A stretch of DNA of 63,494 bases, counting the filler, from Octopus bimaculoides (Eukaryota): assembly GCF_001194135.2 (NCBI RefSeq). It is 4 parts of 4 records of this genome, joined end to end, with 100 filler letters (N's around TTAATTAATTAA, not from the genome) between each part and the next. Parts side by side here need not be neighbours in the genome. Positions count along the whole stretch, not along the records: positions 1 to 28,769 come from NC_068982.1; 3 more parts are not named here. One strand, written 5' to 3'. Below are positions 13,345 to 25,290 of this stretch, one piece after another (positions within the stretch are counted from its first letter, which is position 1; the number at the start of each line of letters is the position of its first letter). Below the pieces are notes generated by a model, which was not told the origin of the DNA, made no database searches, and saw only the letters and a list, made by a program, of their open reading frames with translations. Position numbers and translations under genes: made by a program.

Positions 13345-13995
13345 TCAAGGCAGCAAGCTGGCAGAATCGTTAGCACGCTGGAAGAAATGCTTAATGGTAT
13401 TTCACCTGTCGCTACGTTCTGAGTTCAAATTCCGCCGAGGTCGACTTTGCCTTTCATCTTTTCGGGGTCGATAAATTAAGTACCCATGAAACACTGGGGT
13501 TGATGTAATCGACACGTCCTCTCATCCAAATTTAAGGCCTTGTGTCTATAGCAGAAAGTATTATTAATACTGACACAATTGCAGTGAGCTGGCGGAATCG
13601 TTAGAATCCCAACCAAAATGTCTAGCGGCATTTCGTTCGTCTTCACGTTCTGAGTTCAAATTCAGCTAAGGTTGACTTTGCCTTTCATTCTTTCGGGCTC
13701 AATAAAATAAGTACCAGTTGAACACTAGGGTCGATACAATCGACTTACCTCCTGCCCCGAAATTGCTGGACTCGTTATTAATACTGGAAATGCATTAACG
13801 AAGGCGGTGAGCTGGCAGAATCGTAAGAGTGTTAGAAAAGACTACTTTGCAAAAATTTATTTCGGTCTTTACGTTCTGTGTTAAAATCTCACAGAGGTCA
13901 ACTTTGCCTATCCCACCGAGACCGATAAATTAAAGCACTAGAAGTGGGGTCGATTTAATTGTCAACTATCCCTCTCACATCAATTTTCATGCTTT
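13345..13995 (+). mobile_element. Three tandem SINE A copies
   Basis: Copies at about 13345-13560, 13578-13774 and 13800-13995, separated by repeated TTATTAATACTG(ACACA) at 13328, 13561 and 13775. Confidence 0.9.
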
Positions 13996-15926
13996 TTGCC
14001 TATATTAGAAACTATTGTTTATAATGATGTGGCATAGTAGAAACAGTAAAACGCCGCACTAAATTTCTTACGCTATTTAGTATCGTTTTGTTAAACTCTA
14101 AATTTAAACCACACCAAGTTTATAAAAATACGTACAAAGCAAGTAGATTATGTAAAACCTCGTTTCAGTCGACTACTCCTCCCTCTACAGTAAGTTTTTG
14201 ATCTGCTCTCAAAGTATGAAACTGATGTTCACGTTAAAGAGAGTAAATCAATGTAATTTATTCAGTCTAAATCTGTTTCCAACTGTTGATGTTCCACGAA
14301 TAGGTCATCCTGTCCAATTTAATGAAGATTTACTTTTGTCAGAACTTTTGATAGAAATAGAAAGGTGCTTAAACCTGGAAAATGGGTTCTCATGATTTAA
14401 TATAAAAGAACCGCGCAGCACAAATAGATATCTGCACTTCACTGCACTCTCATGGATGTATATCGCCACTTTTGACTGATCGATGGCTATCGATAAAAAG
14501 TAGATCTTTTACATGAATGTAAAGCCGTGCAGATAATGATTTAATGAAGGTGAACTAGCTAAACCACAATCCAAAAGAGACCCCCCCCCCTACCTAAGTG
14601 AAGTGTTAGTGTTTGGTGAGATTGTTTTCGTGTGTTCCACTTTGAGTTGCAACTAGTTAATGAGACGATTACACAGACATTTGCTATTTTCATTTACAAC
14701 GGTTATATACTGCTTTGAAGGAAAAATTATATTAATTTATGATAATATCTTTTTCATTTTGCTTTTTTCTTTAAAGTTATTATTAGTAAGTTATTCAATG
14801 TTATACTGTTTATATATTTGATGTTTAATATTTCCCACTGGAAATGTCTGCTTTTGAATCTTGTACGTCTTCAACGTGGGACTATAGATATTAAATTAAA
14901 TAATTATAAAATCCATGGATATGCTCGTTTCTGTATTTTGTACATCTTCAGTATGGAGTGATGGAAAAGTAATTATTGAATTAATTAATTATAGTATATT
15001 ATCCAAATAAATGTCTTTATTTTAAATGAAAAAAGATAAGAAAGAGAAACAAATTAAGAAGAGTCACATATAATTTTAGCGATAGGAGAAAAATGTTTTT
15101 AATATTTTAAATTAATTTTCTTTCTTTGTCAAGCCAAAAGCAATTCTAATTCAAATATACAAAGGAAATTTCCATTGATATCGTTTTGATTTAGAATCTG
15201 TAATACTTTATGTGTATTCGGTCTGAACGGGCTAATGGGCTACGTCCAACTGGTATTCTCCTGTAATTTCTAGGCCTAATTTGTGGTGGCTATATTACAA
15301 CACAATTCGTCATGTGAATGAAGACCTCTCACTACAGTGGTTGGCCCATTTATATTTCTCTATGCAAGCATTTGCGTGGGTGTGTGTGTGCGTGTATTTT
15401 GGCGATGTATATTGGCAAAGGATGTGAGAAGTAAAAAAAAAAAAAATTCAGTACTCTTTGAACAAAGACCTTTGCGATATTTATTTCGCACTAAGTTACA
15501 AACACTCACTTGTCATCTCTCCAATGAAAATGCACAACACATGGTGATATAACACAAATAAAACCATAAATAGTAATTATAAAAGAAAAAAAAAATGATC
15601 AATTATAGATGACTGAAGGGGTTGAAATATCTTCAATGATTTCATCGATTAATAATGAAGTAGTTTAAGAGCTAAAACAGTATATAAAAATTAACTAATC
15701 ATTTAAAAAATACTGCTCATTTTAAAGGGAAACAGATCGCTCAAATATTGATGTCACCTGGTTTAACACTACCATCGGGTATTTAAATATCTTTAGCTCT
15801 ATCAACTCTGCTAAGTATCCGAGCCGGGTCTCCGATTGGAGAAGGATTTCCTCTTTCCTACCAACCACTGCGTCTTTGAAAATGGTCGTGATTGCTGTCC
15901 CTCATCCTGACAGATACAAAGAACAT

Positions 15927-16045
<119 letters not shown>

Positions 16046-18011
16046 ACTATCGAAGCATTTGCTGTGTTGCTAGTTTTGCATTACTGATCTAGGATGAAAG
16101 ACAAGTAAAGTAGATTCGGGCGCGATATTGAAAATCGTTTGAAAGCTCACAAAATGCTTACGGCGTTTAGTTACGGCACTTATGCCATGTCTAGCATTAC
16201 TTTAGCTAAAGAGCAGCTCAAATCCCGCCATGGTCAACTGTGCATTTCGTATTTCTGGGGGCTATGAAATAACGAACTAGTCAAGAATTGGAACCGTTTT
16301 AATATTCCTATAAAGCCTCCTAGATGTGAATGGAATTATAAAAGAAGAATTTTGTACCATTTACTAAACAAGACCGCCAAACTAAATGCGACAAAACAAC
16401 TTTGAATCTATAGATTGAGTCCACCAAATGATGAAATGCATTATTGAACCGGAAAGTAGTTGAACTTCGAACCGAAACAGATAATACTGAATACTTAAAA
16501 TTAGCTAAGCTACTTTTAACATAGTTAATGTAGGGAACATTAAAAAAAAACAAAAAAAAAAACAGGGGAAATATCCATGCAGTGAGGAGAATACAACAAT
16601 TGCTCAATGGCTAATAATATTTTAATAATTTTAGTAAATACGGAAGATAAGTCCGAATATGTTTCGATAATATTAGATCTCAATTGTGAAAAGTAAACTT
16701 TACTGACACATGGCGAGTAGTGATGAAGAAAAGCACTACGCATTACTGGCATTAGAAGACTGAAATATATCCGGTCTTTCGAATTTATTATAAAGATTAC
16801 TGTATTAATAGTAACTGAACTACTGTTGTCTTATCCTGACTGCATAAGTATTTCTCATTGTATATTTTTTATTGCTCATTAACTAAATTAACTATTTGTA
16901 TATCCAACTTTTCCCCCTTCTCTTTCTCTCTTTCAGTTTGAAGTTCAAGTATTATCAAGTTCAAAACCGTATTTCATGAATTTGTGTATCTCTGAAATAA
17001 GTACTGGTAATACATTGAAGCAGATTCAGTCGACAGCCTTTTAGCAGAACGTGTAAATTTTTCTTTGACGAAGACAAACACAGTATTTTGTAGGGAAATA
17101 CAAATAGGGAGTTATAATATTCTGGTCTCTTTCTACGGCATTTGAGGGGTAAATGGAATGAAATAGCTTCAACCTGAACTGACCTCAGCGAGTAGAAAAC
17201 TATGAGAGGAGTTTACTACTTGATTTACGACGCTCGTTATAGCTCATATGAAATCAATGTAAAGTTAAATAATACACGATACGCTTTCTCTGCATTGCCG
17301 AAAATGTAATTTCCGAAGACAAACAAATGAAGTGTATGAAAACTGATACAATAAATTTTATCTCCGTGATTTTGAAAGGATTCATAATGTGTTTGAAAAT
17401 CGATGCGTTTCGTTAACATAGTTTAAGAGGTAAATATAATTTCAGAAACACACTGTTTACATATAATAAAATATTTGTTCATGTCGACAAGCATTCAGAA
17501 TTTTGACTTAGTGAACTACAATTTTGAATGAAATCGCATATAGCATTTTTATCTTACGAAGCAAAAGGTAAACTAGAGAATTCTTGTTTTTCTGCACGAA
17601 GTGGCGATATAATAGCATCTGCAATAATAGTAGATCAGATTCGTTTTACACGACATTTGAAGAACAAATCAAAATCTATAGCACTGTCTTCATCCTCTAC
17701 TTCATGTTCCATAGCTTCCATTTAAATACTTTCCAGTTTTCAATGACGCACACATGCACGCACACGCACACACAAATCCCTACTCGCCACACATACTGCT
17801 TAATAGCTTTGTGTACTCATGGATACTAAGCATGCACTACATGAAGTATGATATTGATGATAGAATCATGATGATGATATTATGAATAGCAACTGTTTAC
17901 TTCGAAGTATCACTGATAATGGCCTCTTTCTCTCTCTCCTTCCTCTTTCTCTCTCACTTTCCCCTTTCTCTCTCTCTCTCTTTCTCACACACATCTTTTA
18001 TCTTTCCCTTT

Positions 18012-18207
18012 TTACTAGTTTCGGTCATTGGACTGAGAGTATGCCGCGGCACCGCCTTGAAATGTTTTGGTTAAAGGAATCGATCCCAGTACTTATTTTG
18101 TTAGCCCGACACTTATTCTAACGGACTCTTTTGCTGAATCGCTTATATATGAGGACGTAAACAAACCAACATCGGTTGTCATCTAGTGGCGGTGGGGGAC
18201 AATCACG

Positions 18208-18244
<37 letters not shown>

Positions 18245-18390
18245 CAAGTTTCTTTTGGTCTCGCCTACAAAATCCACTCACAAGGCTAAGGTCGCCCCGG
18301 AGATTTAATAGAAGAGACTTGGTCATGGTGTCACGCAGTGGGAATGAATCTGGAACCATATGGTTGGAAAGCAAACCTCTTACCCCTCAA
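18012..18390 (-). mobile_element. SINE family B with internal (CA)n
   Basis: Reverse complement of the 57111-57500 element: head GGTTCC.G.TTCA..CCCACTGCGTG, internal microsatellite, tail GACTG..ACAAGTAAAA. Confidence 0.85.
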
Positions 18391-19215
18391 TCTCGCTTAG
18401 ATACATAGATACACACACGCGCGCGTATACACGCACATATATATATAAATAGAAAGACAGAAAAACAGCAAGGGGTGTACATAGTATTTATATGGAAAGT
18501 TGCTTATGCAAATTGCATCATGTAATCATGTCTTATCTGTATTGCTCTTACAGATAATTGATGACTGGTTGATATAACTTCACATTATGCAAAAAACAAA
18601 AACAAAAACAAAAACAATATTAAGTCGTTGTTGTAGCTATACATAAAATCAATGGAAAATATCAGCGAGCATTGATATTGATAGCTCCGTGAAACAAAGT
18701 CACGATATTCTATCAGAAGAATCGGGTGCAGCCTCCTTACCCACAGAATTTATACAGTTTCACACACGGATTTTATACAGTTTATTGAAACTAAATGTTT
18801 ATCTTATAACTCGAAGTTCACGCCACAACGATCATTCGGGTGAGAACTATAACAACTTGGGCTGTTTGTATATTAATATTCGTCGGTGGGGGTGTTGTTT
18901 CTTGTCCGTATCTGTTCATTGGCTTGCGCTTTACATCCGTTGACTGGATGTTATTTTTGTGTCTTTTCATTGGTTATTATTTGTGGCTTGGTATTTACTT
19001 TCTTTGAATTTATTGATAAGCGGGCCACTTTTGTAGATTGCTATTTTTTCTTTGTTATTTATTTACGGAATTTATCAGTTAATCAATTAACGCTGTTTTT
19101 GGTCAACACTATTTTGATGTGTGTCGTGTTTGCAACTATTAATGGTATGTACATTATTTACATTATTTACATTATTTACATTTGACTGATATTTGTCCTC
19201 ATCTTGTTTGTTGTT

Positions 19216-19261
19216 AACACAACGTTTCGGCTGATATACCCTCCCGCCTTCATCAGGTGTC
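19216..19261 (-). ncRNA. Minimal type I hammerhead ribozyme (Penelope-associated)
   Basis: Minus strand: GACAC-CUGAUGA-A-GGCGG-gagggUaUaU-CAGCC-GAAA-CGUU-GUGUU. It has the intact core CUGAUGA/GAAA, stem I GACAC:GUGUU, stem II GGCGG:CAGCC with one mismatch, a palindromic ACGU in place of stem III, and a GUU cleavage triplet. Confidence 0.7.
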
Positions 19262-19340
19262 TTGGGAAAATTTCGTATCTGGGTTTTCATTGGGAATGAG
19301 AATCCAGGTTCGAAATTTCCCCAAGACACCTGATGAAGGC
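19246..19340. repeat. 46-bp-arm inverted repeat with a 3-nt loop
   Basis: 19246-19291 vs reverse complement of 19295-19340: 41/46 identical, loop GGG. The right arm carries a truncated plus-strand copy of the hammerhead 5' half (GACAC-CTGATGA-AGGCTG). Confidence 0.95.
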
Positions 19341-20117
19341 TGTTTTAAATTTGTGTCTGTGTCTATATGTATATGGTATACGGTTTGTTTAATTTGGGCA
19401 TGTATTTGTTTTTAGAATCTTGTGGTTGTAAACATTTTGCATGCGCACGTGTGTGTTTGTATTTAGGGCGCATACGTGCGTAATTTAGTGTTTATCTTAT
19501 CATGTTTATTGTTCGGGACATTTTTTTGAAGATGATATATAGCAGGATATGATTTAATTTCTCTTTTTTAGCGAATGTGTGTTTTGTATGATCATGTGGT
19601 ATTTTTTGTGGTATCCAGGGTAAGATTCCGGAAAAATTCATGTATAATGGTGTACTGTCTATTTCTCGCTGTATATTTGCGGTTATATTGTTTTATTATA
19701 ACTCACAGATGTTTTTAGACAAAGAAGTTGCATATATTTTGTAATGTATGTGTTGCGTTTGTCTATTTTTGAAGGCCCTACAAGTAGCATCGATGTCAAT
19801 TTTTCGGTAATACTGTTGTTCAGTAGACGATATTAATTTTTGGGCAGTTTCCATGTAACAAGAATATTCCAGTTCTGATGCAGCTGCATTAATTGCAACT
19901 GTGTGCAGTGTGTTCCTTAGTAGGTTTTATGGGTTTTTTTGTGCAGCTTTAACTAACTTTTGCATTGTTTCTGCAGAACAGTTTATCATATTTATGTTTT
20001 GCTGAGAAGCGCTTGCTAATTACTACTGGGGAAGTATGTGCGACATTTACTACGTTTAGACTGAAGAGGGGGTTGAATCAAATTATGCCTCTTTTTCATT
20101 GTTCATTTGTGGTGTCC

Positions 20118-20167
20118 TGTGTGTGTGTGTGCGTGCATGTGTGTGTGCGTGTGTGTGTGTGTGCGTG

Positions 20168-20250
<83 letters not shown>
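20118..20250. repeat. (GT)n microsatellite
   Basis: Read directly. Confidence 0.98.
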
Positions 20251-20251
<1 letters not shown>

Positions 20252-23204
20252 TGTATACTGTAAGATAAGCAATAGTCCAAGAGTTGGTAGTTTGAAGTTT
20301 TCGGAGAGAGGTAGAGGAAGATGATGTATTTGGAAGAGTGAGGGAAAGAGAATTTTAGGTGGAGTAAATGGAAGACTTTGTTGCTCATAATCAGGTGAGT
20401 CAAGTGAATGGTGGGCAAGCAAAGCGTGTAACCTGGGTAGCTGAGATGAACTACAGATAACGGTTGAGAGATTGAAGAGGAATAGGATGTGGGATTAAGA
20501 AGGTGATGTATAGAGTCTATGTTGGATTGGAGTTCATTGATTTTAGAGATGAAGAGGAAGAATTAATCGACGGCTTTAGTTTTAGTTTTTAGTATCTGGG
20601 GGAAGTGTAAAGGGTGACGGTGTATCGAGTGCGAATGGTTACGGTACTTCCTACCAAGAGTCTGGTCTGAATACCTTCAACAAAGCACCCATGAACAGGG
20701 TAAAGTGTTCAACCGGGCGTCATCATGTGCTTACTACATAAATGCAATTTTTTATGGGAGTTTGATGGATAGGGTGAGGTGAAGTATGACTGATTTTATT
20801 TTATGGATTCAGAAATGCGGAAAGATGAAAACTAAAGATGATCTCATTGGGACTTGAACTAAACATGGCAAAATATTTAATACGTCACTTTACAATTCCT
20901 GCCGAGCACGCCCTTGCTAATCTTCGCTCTAACTCCCTAAAATCTCACAACGCAATCTTTATAGTATTTATAATCACATAGAAATAGTGTCATAACTGAA
21001 CGAAAAGTCGAAGGTTCGTACTTCGTTACTGGCACTGCAGTATGTTCACACCTAAATAACTTTCTAGCTAAATACCTGTAATACATTGAAGTAGACTCAA
21101 CCGATTCTATTCCATTCCGTGCAAAAGTTGCGTTATAGTTATTCCAACACGTATATTATAAAATGTCTACAAAATAAATACAACTTTTCTGTCTAAAAAC
21201 TGTGAAACAAAATTGCAATCACGAAACGAAATTGCAACCACAGTTCGAATTTATAACATAACCATAATGAGACATGTTCTCGCAGCCAGAAATAAATCAC
21301 ATATTTTAAGTTCTTCTCATTTATCAATGTTTGAAATGACAGAAATTTTTTTTTTTTATTTCTTTGAAACTTTTCTGATTTCTTACAGCAGTTTCCTTGT
21401 AGGAGAATCTTCACTTTCGTTTGATTCATGTAAAAATCAAATAACACGACCTGTTGGAGACAGCTTTCGTGATTATTTTTTATTCTAGCTAAACATTTAT
21501 TAATACTTTTTCTCCTCTCCTATATCTTTAAAAATTCTTAATCATTCTTCATTGTCAAAGATCTGATAAAATATACTTGGCCTGATTTGTTGAAAATATT
21601 CTTTCTTTTATTAGTTTTATTGTCAACTATTTATTGATCATTTTATAATATTGAAAATAAATAAATTTGAATATTTGTATTAAGTCTTATCTCGCACTGA
21701 TTCTCAAAAGTTCTCTTATCTGAAGATGATAGTGTAACCTTAATTAGTCATACATTTCGCTTCCAAGGAAGAAAAAAACATTCTCTACTTTACAATTATG
21801 TTCATTTTATTTTTCCTTGGTTATTTTTAATTTCAATCATTAATATTAAATAACACTAGGTAGTGAAAATAATTGGGAAGTATTTCATCACAGTATTCAC
21901 TTTGATTTTTATCCCTCTAGGGATACGCACAATAATCGAAAGAGGCTTATTTAATTAAATATTGGTGGCTCATAAGTTAACATATGATTATTTAATAAGC
22001 ACAATGTACGGCGATGTGTTTACGTAACAACAGATTCCTATATAGGAGCATCACTTCAAGGTTTTAAAAGAAGGTTAAAGGAAAAGTTTCGACTTCACAC
22101 CTCTTATAGCTAGAAGCTCAAAGTTGTTTCAATGAGTCAACTGCAGAAAGCTAATAAAATATCTCATTCCATAGATCAGTTAGTGAGGAACCCCACCTAA
22201 CTTTAAGTAGAGTAAACGTCAGTAAACGTTTGTGAGAGGATGACTGGCGCTTTGCTTGTGTAGCTCTTTCAGAAACACTATAGACAATAACCAGTTAGCA
22301 ATGAAGAATTATTCTAGTAGGGTGCAGCGAATAGATAAATAGACATCAGGAGTAGTGGTAATTCCTGGAGGAGCTGCCTCAATGTCAGGTCCGTAATTCC
22401 ATTTTTATCTTAAAGTTTGCAACTGGTATCCCCCTTCTACTAATATAGTATTCAAGCAGTAAGAGGATCTTAACGTTCCATCAACTTTCACACTGGTTCT
22501 TCACAAAACCTAACATAAGTCAGCAAACTCTCTACAGTGAGCAAACCCATTATACAATACGACACACAAAAACATTTTAAAAACTAATAAACATTTAATT
22601 CTAACGTTTATTTCAGCTACTTCTTAATTTGAAAACATTGCACGAGACGCATATTTTACTTTCTATTCTTTCTTCTGAATAGGATACTACTTCGAATTTT
22701 AACTTAAGCTAAGGAATTTTGACCTTACAAAACAAATTTTCCTTTTTACCAAACTTAACTCAGATTTTAGAAACAAACACTTGGCTAGCTTGTCTAAGAG
22801 CTGAGAAGATGCGTCGTATATGACCACTGGAGCCGTTAAAAATGACTGCAAATTCTCCCTCATATTTAAAACTTCTCTAGGTGTTCTTGCTTCACATGCT
22901 CTACACCAGTTAGAAAAGAAACCCAGATTTATGAACCAGGACTTAAAATTATACCCCTACCGTCTTTTTAGTGCGCATTAAGTTGTATAACTATTGTACC
23001 ATCTGAGCTACCTTACAAAACTTTAAAGCATCTCAGCACTTAGAGTATCGCATTAACTGTGAATTACATATATAGAATGGAAGTATGTAGCGTCTATCTC
23101 GCACAAGAATAGAATAGAACGGACAAAGAACTAAATCCAAGTTATCTAGTAATTCTAGAATCTCACTTGAAAGTTTTTCATGTTTAGGTAGTAATTTATT
23201 TATA

Positions 23205-23790
23205 GGCACAAGGCCTGAAATTTTTGGGGAGGGGACAAGTTGATTACATCGACGTCAGCGCACAAATGGTACTTATTTCATCGGCTCCGAAAGCATGAAA
23301 AGCAAAGTCAACCTAGGCGGAATTTGAACTCAGAACGTTGAGCATTTTGCCCGGCGTGTTAACGATTCTTCCAGATCGCTGTTTTATCTCACAGTAAAAT
23401 ATTGCTTTCAAATTTTGGCACAGGGCTAGCAATTTCAGTGGAAGGAGCTAGTCGATTACATCGATCTCAGGTTTTAACTGTTAGTCATTTTATAGGATGA
23501 AAGGCAAAGTCGACCTCGGTGGAATTTGAACTTAGAACATAAAAGCGGAGGAAATGGCGTTAAGCATTTTGTCCGGCGTGCTAACGATTCAATCGAGCTC
23601 GCCGCTTTAATCTCACAATAGAATACTGATTTCAAATTTTGGCACAAGGCCAGCTAGTTCGGGGGAGGGGTAAGTCGATTACATCGACTCCAGTCCTGGA
23701 CTGGTATTTATTTTATCGAACTCGTAAGGATGAGAAGTCAACCTCGGGGGAATTAGAACCCAGAACGTGAACACGGGTGAAATGTCGTTA
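23205..23790 (-). mobile_element. Three tandem SINE A copies
   Basis: Copies at about 23205-23385, 23404-23609 and 23628-23790. Each is followed by ATCTCACAGTAAAATATT or a variant (23386, 23610, 23791). Confidence 0.9.
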
Positions 23791-24211
23791 ATCTCACAGT
23801 AAAATATTCACTTGATTGTATCAACTGTTGAGCGTAATTATTTATTTGGCGCCAGCAGATCAATCATCAATGCATTGCAATGTCTAAAGAATCTAATATT
23901 GTGTTCTTTGAATCGTGAGAACATAAAGGATTCTTAGTAACATTTATTTCTAATTTCCTTTATATGAGAACTTACATTGGAGCAACTCATTTTCTCAAAT
24001 CCAATGCAGTGCCATAACTCTTCTGTTTTAAACTCTAGAATATGAAAAAAGGTTTGTTTGTAGTTCTCTTGCTTTCGAGTTCTTCACATATATTCAAACG
24101 AAATATCGAATACTTATTGTACCGTGGTTTTCAATTTATCTCTTTAAGATTCATTCGTATTAATTCCTTTACTTCAATATAAATCGAACTTTAATGTCAG
24201 GTGTCTTTAGA

Positions 24212-24600
24212 CGGTGTTGAGCTGGCTGAAATGCTTAGCGGTATTTCGTATGCCGCTACGTTCTGAGTTCAAATTCCGCTGAGGTCGACTTTGCCTTTCA
24301 TCCTTTCGGAGTCGATAAATTAAGTACCAGTTGCGTATTGGGATCGATCTAATCGACTGGCCCCCACCTCAAAATTTCGAGCCTTGTGCCTAGAGTAGAA
24401 AAGAATCGTTAGCACGCTGGACGAAATTCTTAGCAGCATTTCGTCCATCTTTACGTTCTGAGTTCAAATTTCGCCGGGGTCAACTTTGCCTTTCACCCGT
24501 TCGAGGTCGATAAAATAAGTACCACTTGAGTACTGGGGACGATTTAATTGACTTGACCTCTCTGCCAAACTGCTGGCCTTGTGCCAATATTTGAAACCAG
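24212..24600 (+). mobile_element. SINE A dimer/nested pair
   Basis: GAGCTGGC head, a truncated copy ending AGAAAAGAAT, then a second body resuming at AGAATCGTTAGCAC. Confidence 0.85.
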
Positions 24601-24814
24601 TATAATGTGTCTTCATGTATGTGATTATCAGTGAATTCGAAATTTAAATAGTTGTCTCGATTCTAAATACCAAGAGCAGTCATGTTCTTACTGTATAGAA
24701 TTTGTTATCAAAATTTGACACCCATCAAGAACTGTTTCGATTCCTTTACGGATAGTATGGTGGAAAATAAACTAGCTCGTTAAGAAAATCTCTTAGCAAT
24801 ATTTATACTGAGAA

Positions 24815-25035
24815 AGGCGGCGAGCTGGCAGAAACGTTAGCACGCCGGGCGAAATGCTTAGCAGTATTTCATCTGTCTTTATGTTCTGAGTTCAAATTCC
24901 ACCGAGGTCGACTTTGCCTTTTATCCTTTCGGGGTCGATAAATTAAGTACCAGTTGCGTACTGGGGTCGTTTTAATCGACTGACCCCGCTCCCCAAAAAT
25001 TTCGGGGGCTTGGCTTTGTGCCTAGAGTAGGAAAG
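24815..25035 (+). mobile_element. SINE A with TSD
   Basis: Well-conserved copy flanked by AATATTTATACTGAGAA (24798) and AATATTTATAGTGAGAA (25036). Confidence 0.92.
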
Positions 25036-25143
25036 AATATTTATAGTGAGAAAATCTCTTAGCAATATTTATACTAAGAAAGCAATATTTATACTGAGAA
25101 GTACACTGCTAGTTGCAAGACCAGTGGCTGTCACACTGTTTTC

Positions 25144-25290
25144 TATATATTGCAAGCTGGAGTAGACTGCCGTTATGTCTAGCAGACGAGTATCCATCAT
25201 TGAGGATGACCAAAATAAGATCGAAATCACGTGATATGGTTGTCTCCAAGGTAGAATAGTAGGAGGTTCTCTCCCCTCTTGCAATATATA
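25144..25290. mobile_element. Candidate small MITE
   Basis: Perfect 13-bp terminal inverted repeats TATATATTGCAAG (25144-25156) and CTTGCAATATATA (25278-25290) ending in TA. No second copy in the window. Confidence 0.35.

Larger units (their letters stand above)
19140..20080 (-). mobile_element. Penelope-like element remnant (GIY-YIG region plus terminal pLTR segment)
   Basis: Frameshifted minus-strand peptides KLFCRNNAKVS*SC, LLHGNCPKINIVY and ATSLSKNICEL resemble the PLE endonuclease region (KLFNRNNVKVSYSC / PLNGNCL..NIVY / ATxLSKHIWEL). These are followed by a hammerhead-bearing terminal segment and a (TAAATAATG)x3 repeat at about 19148-19182. Confidence 0.75.
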
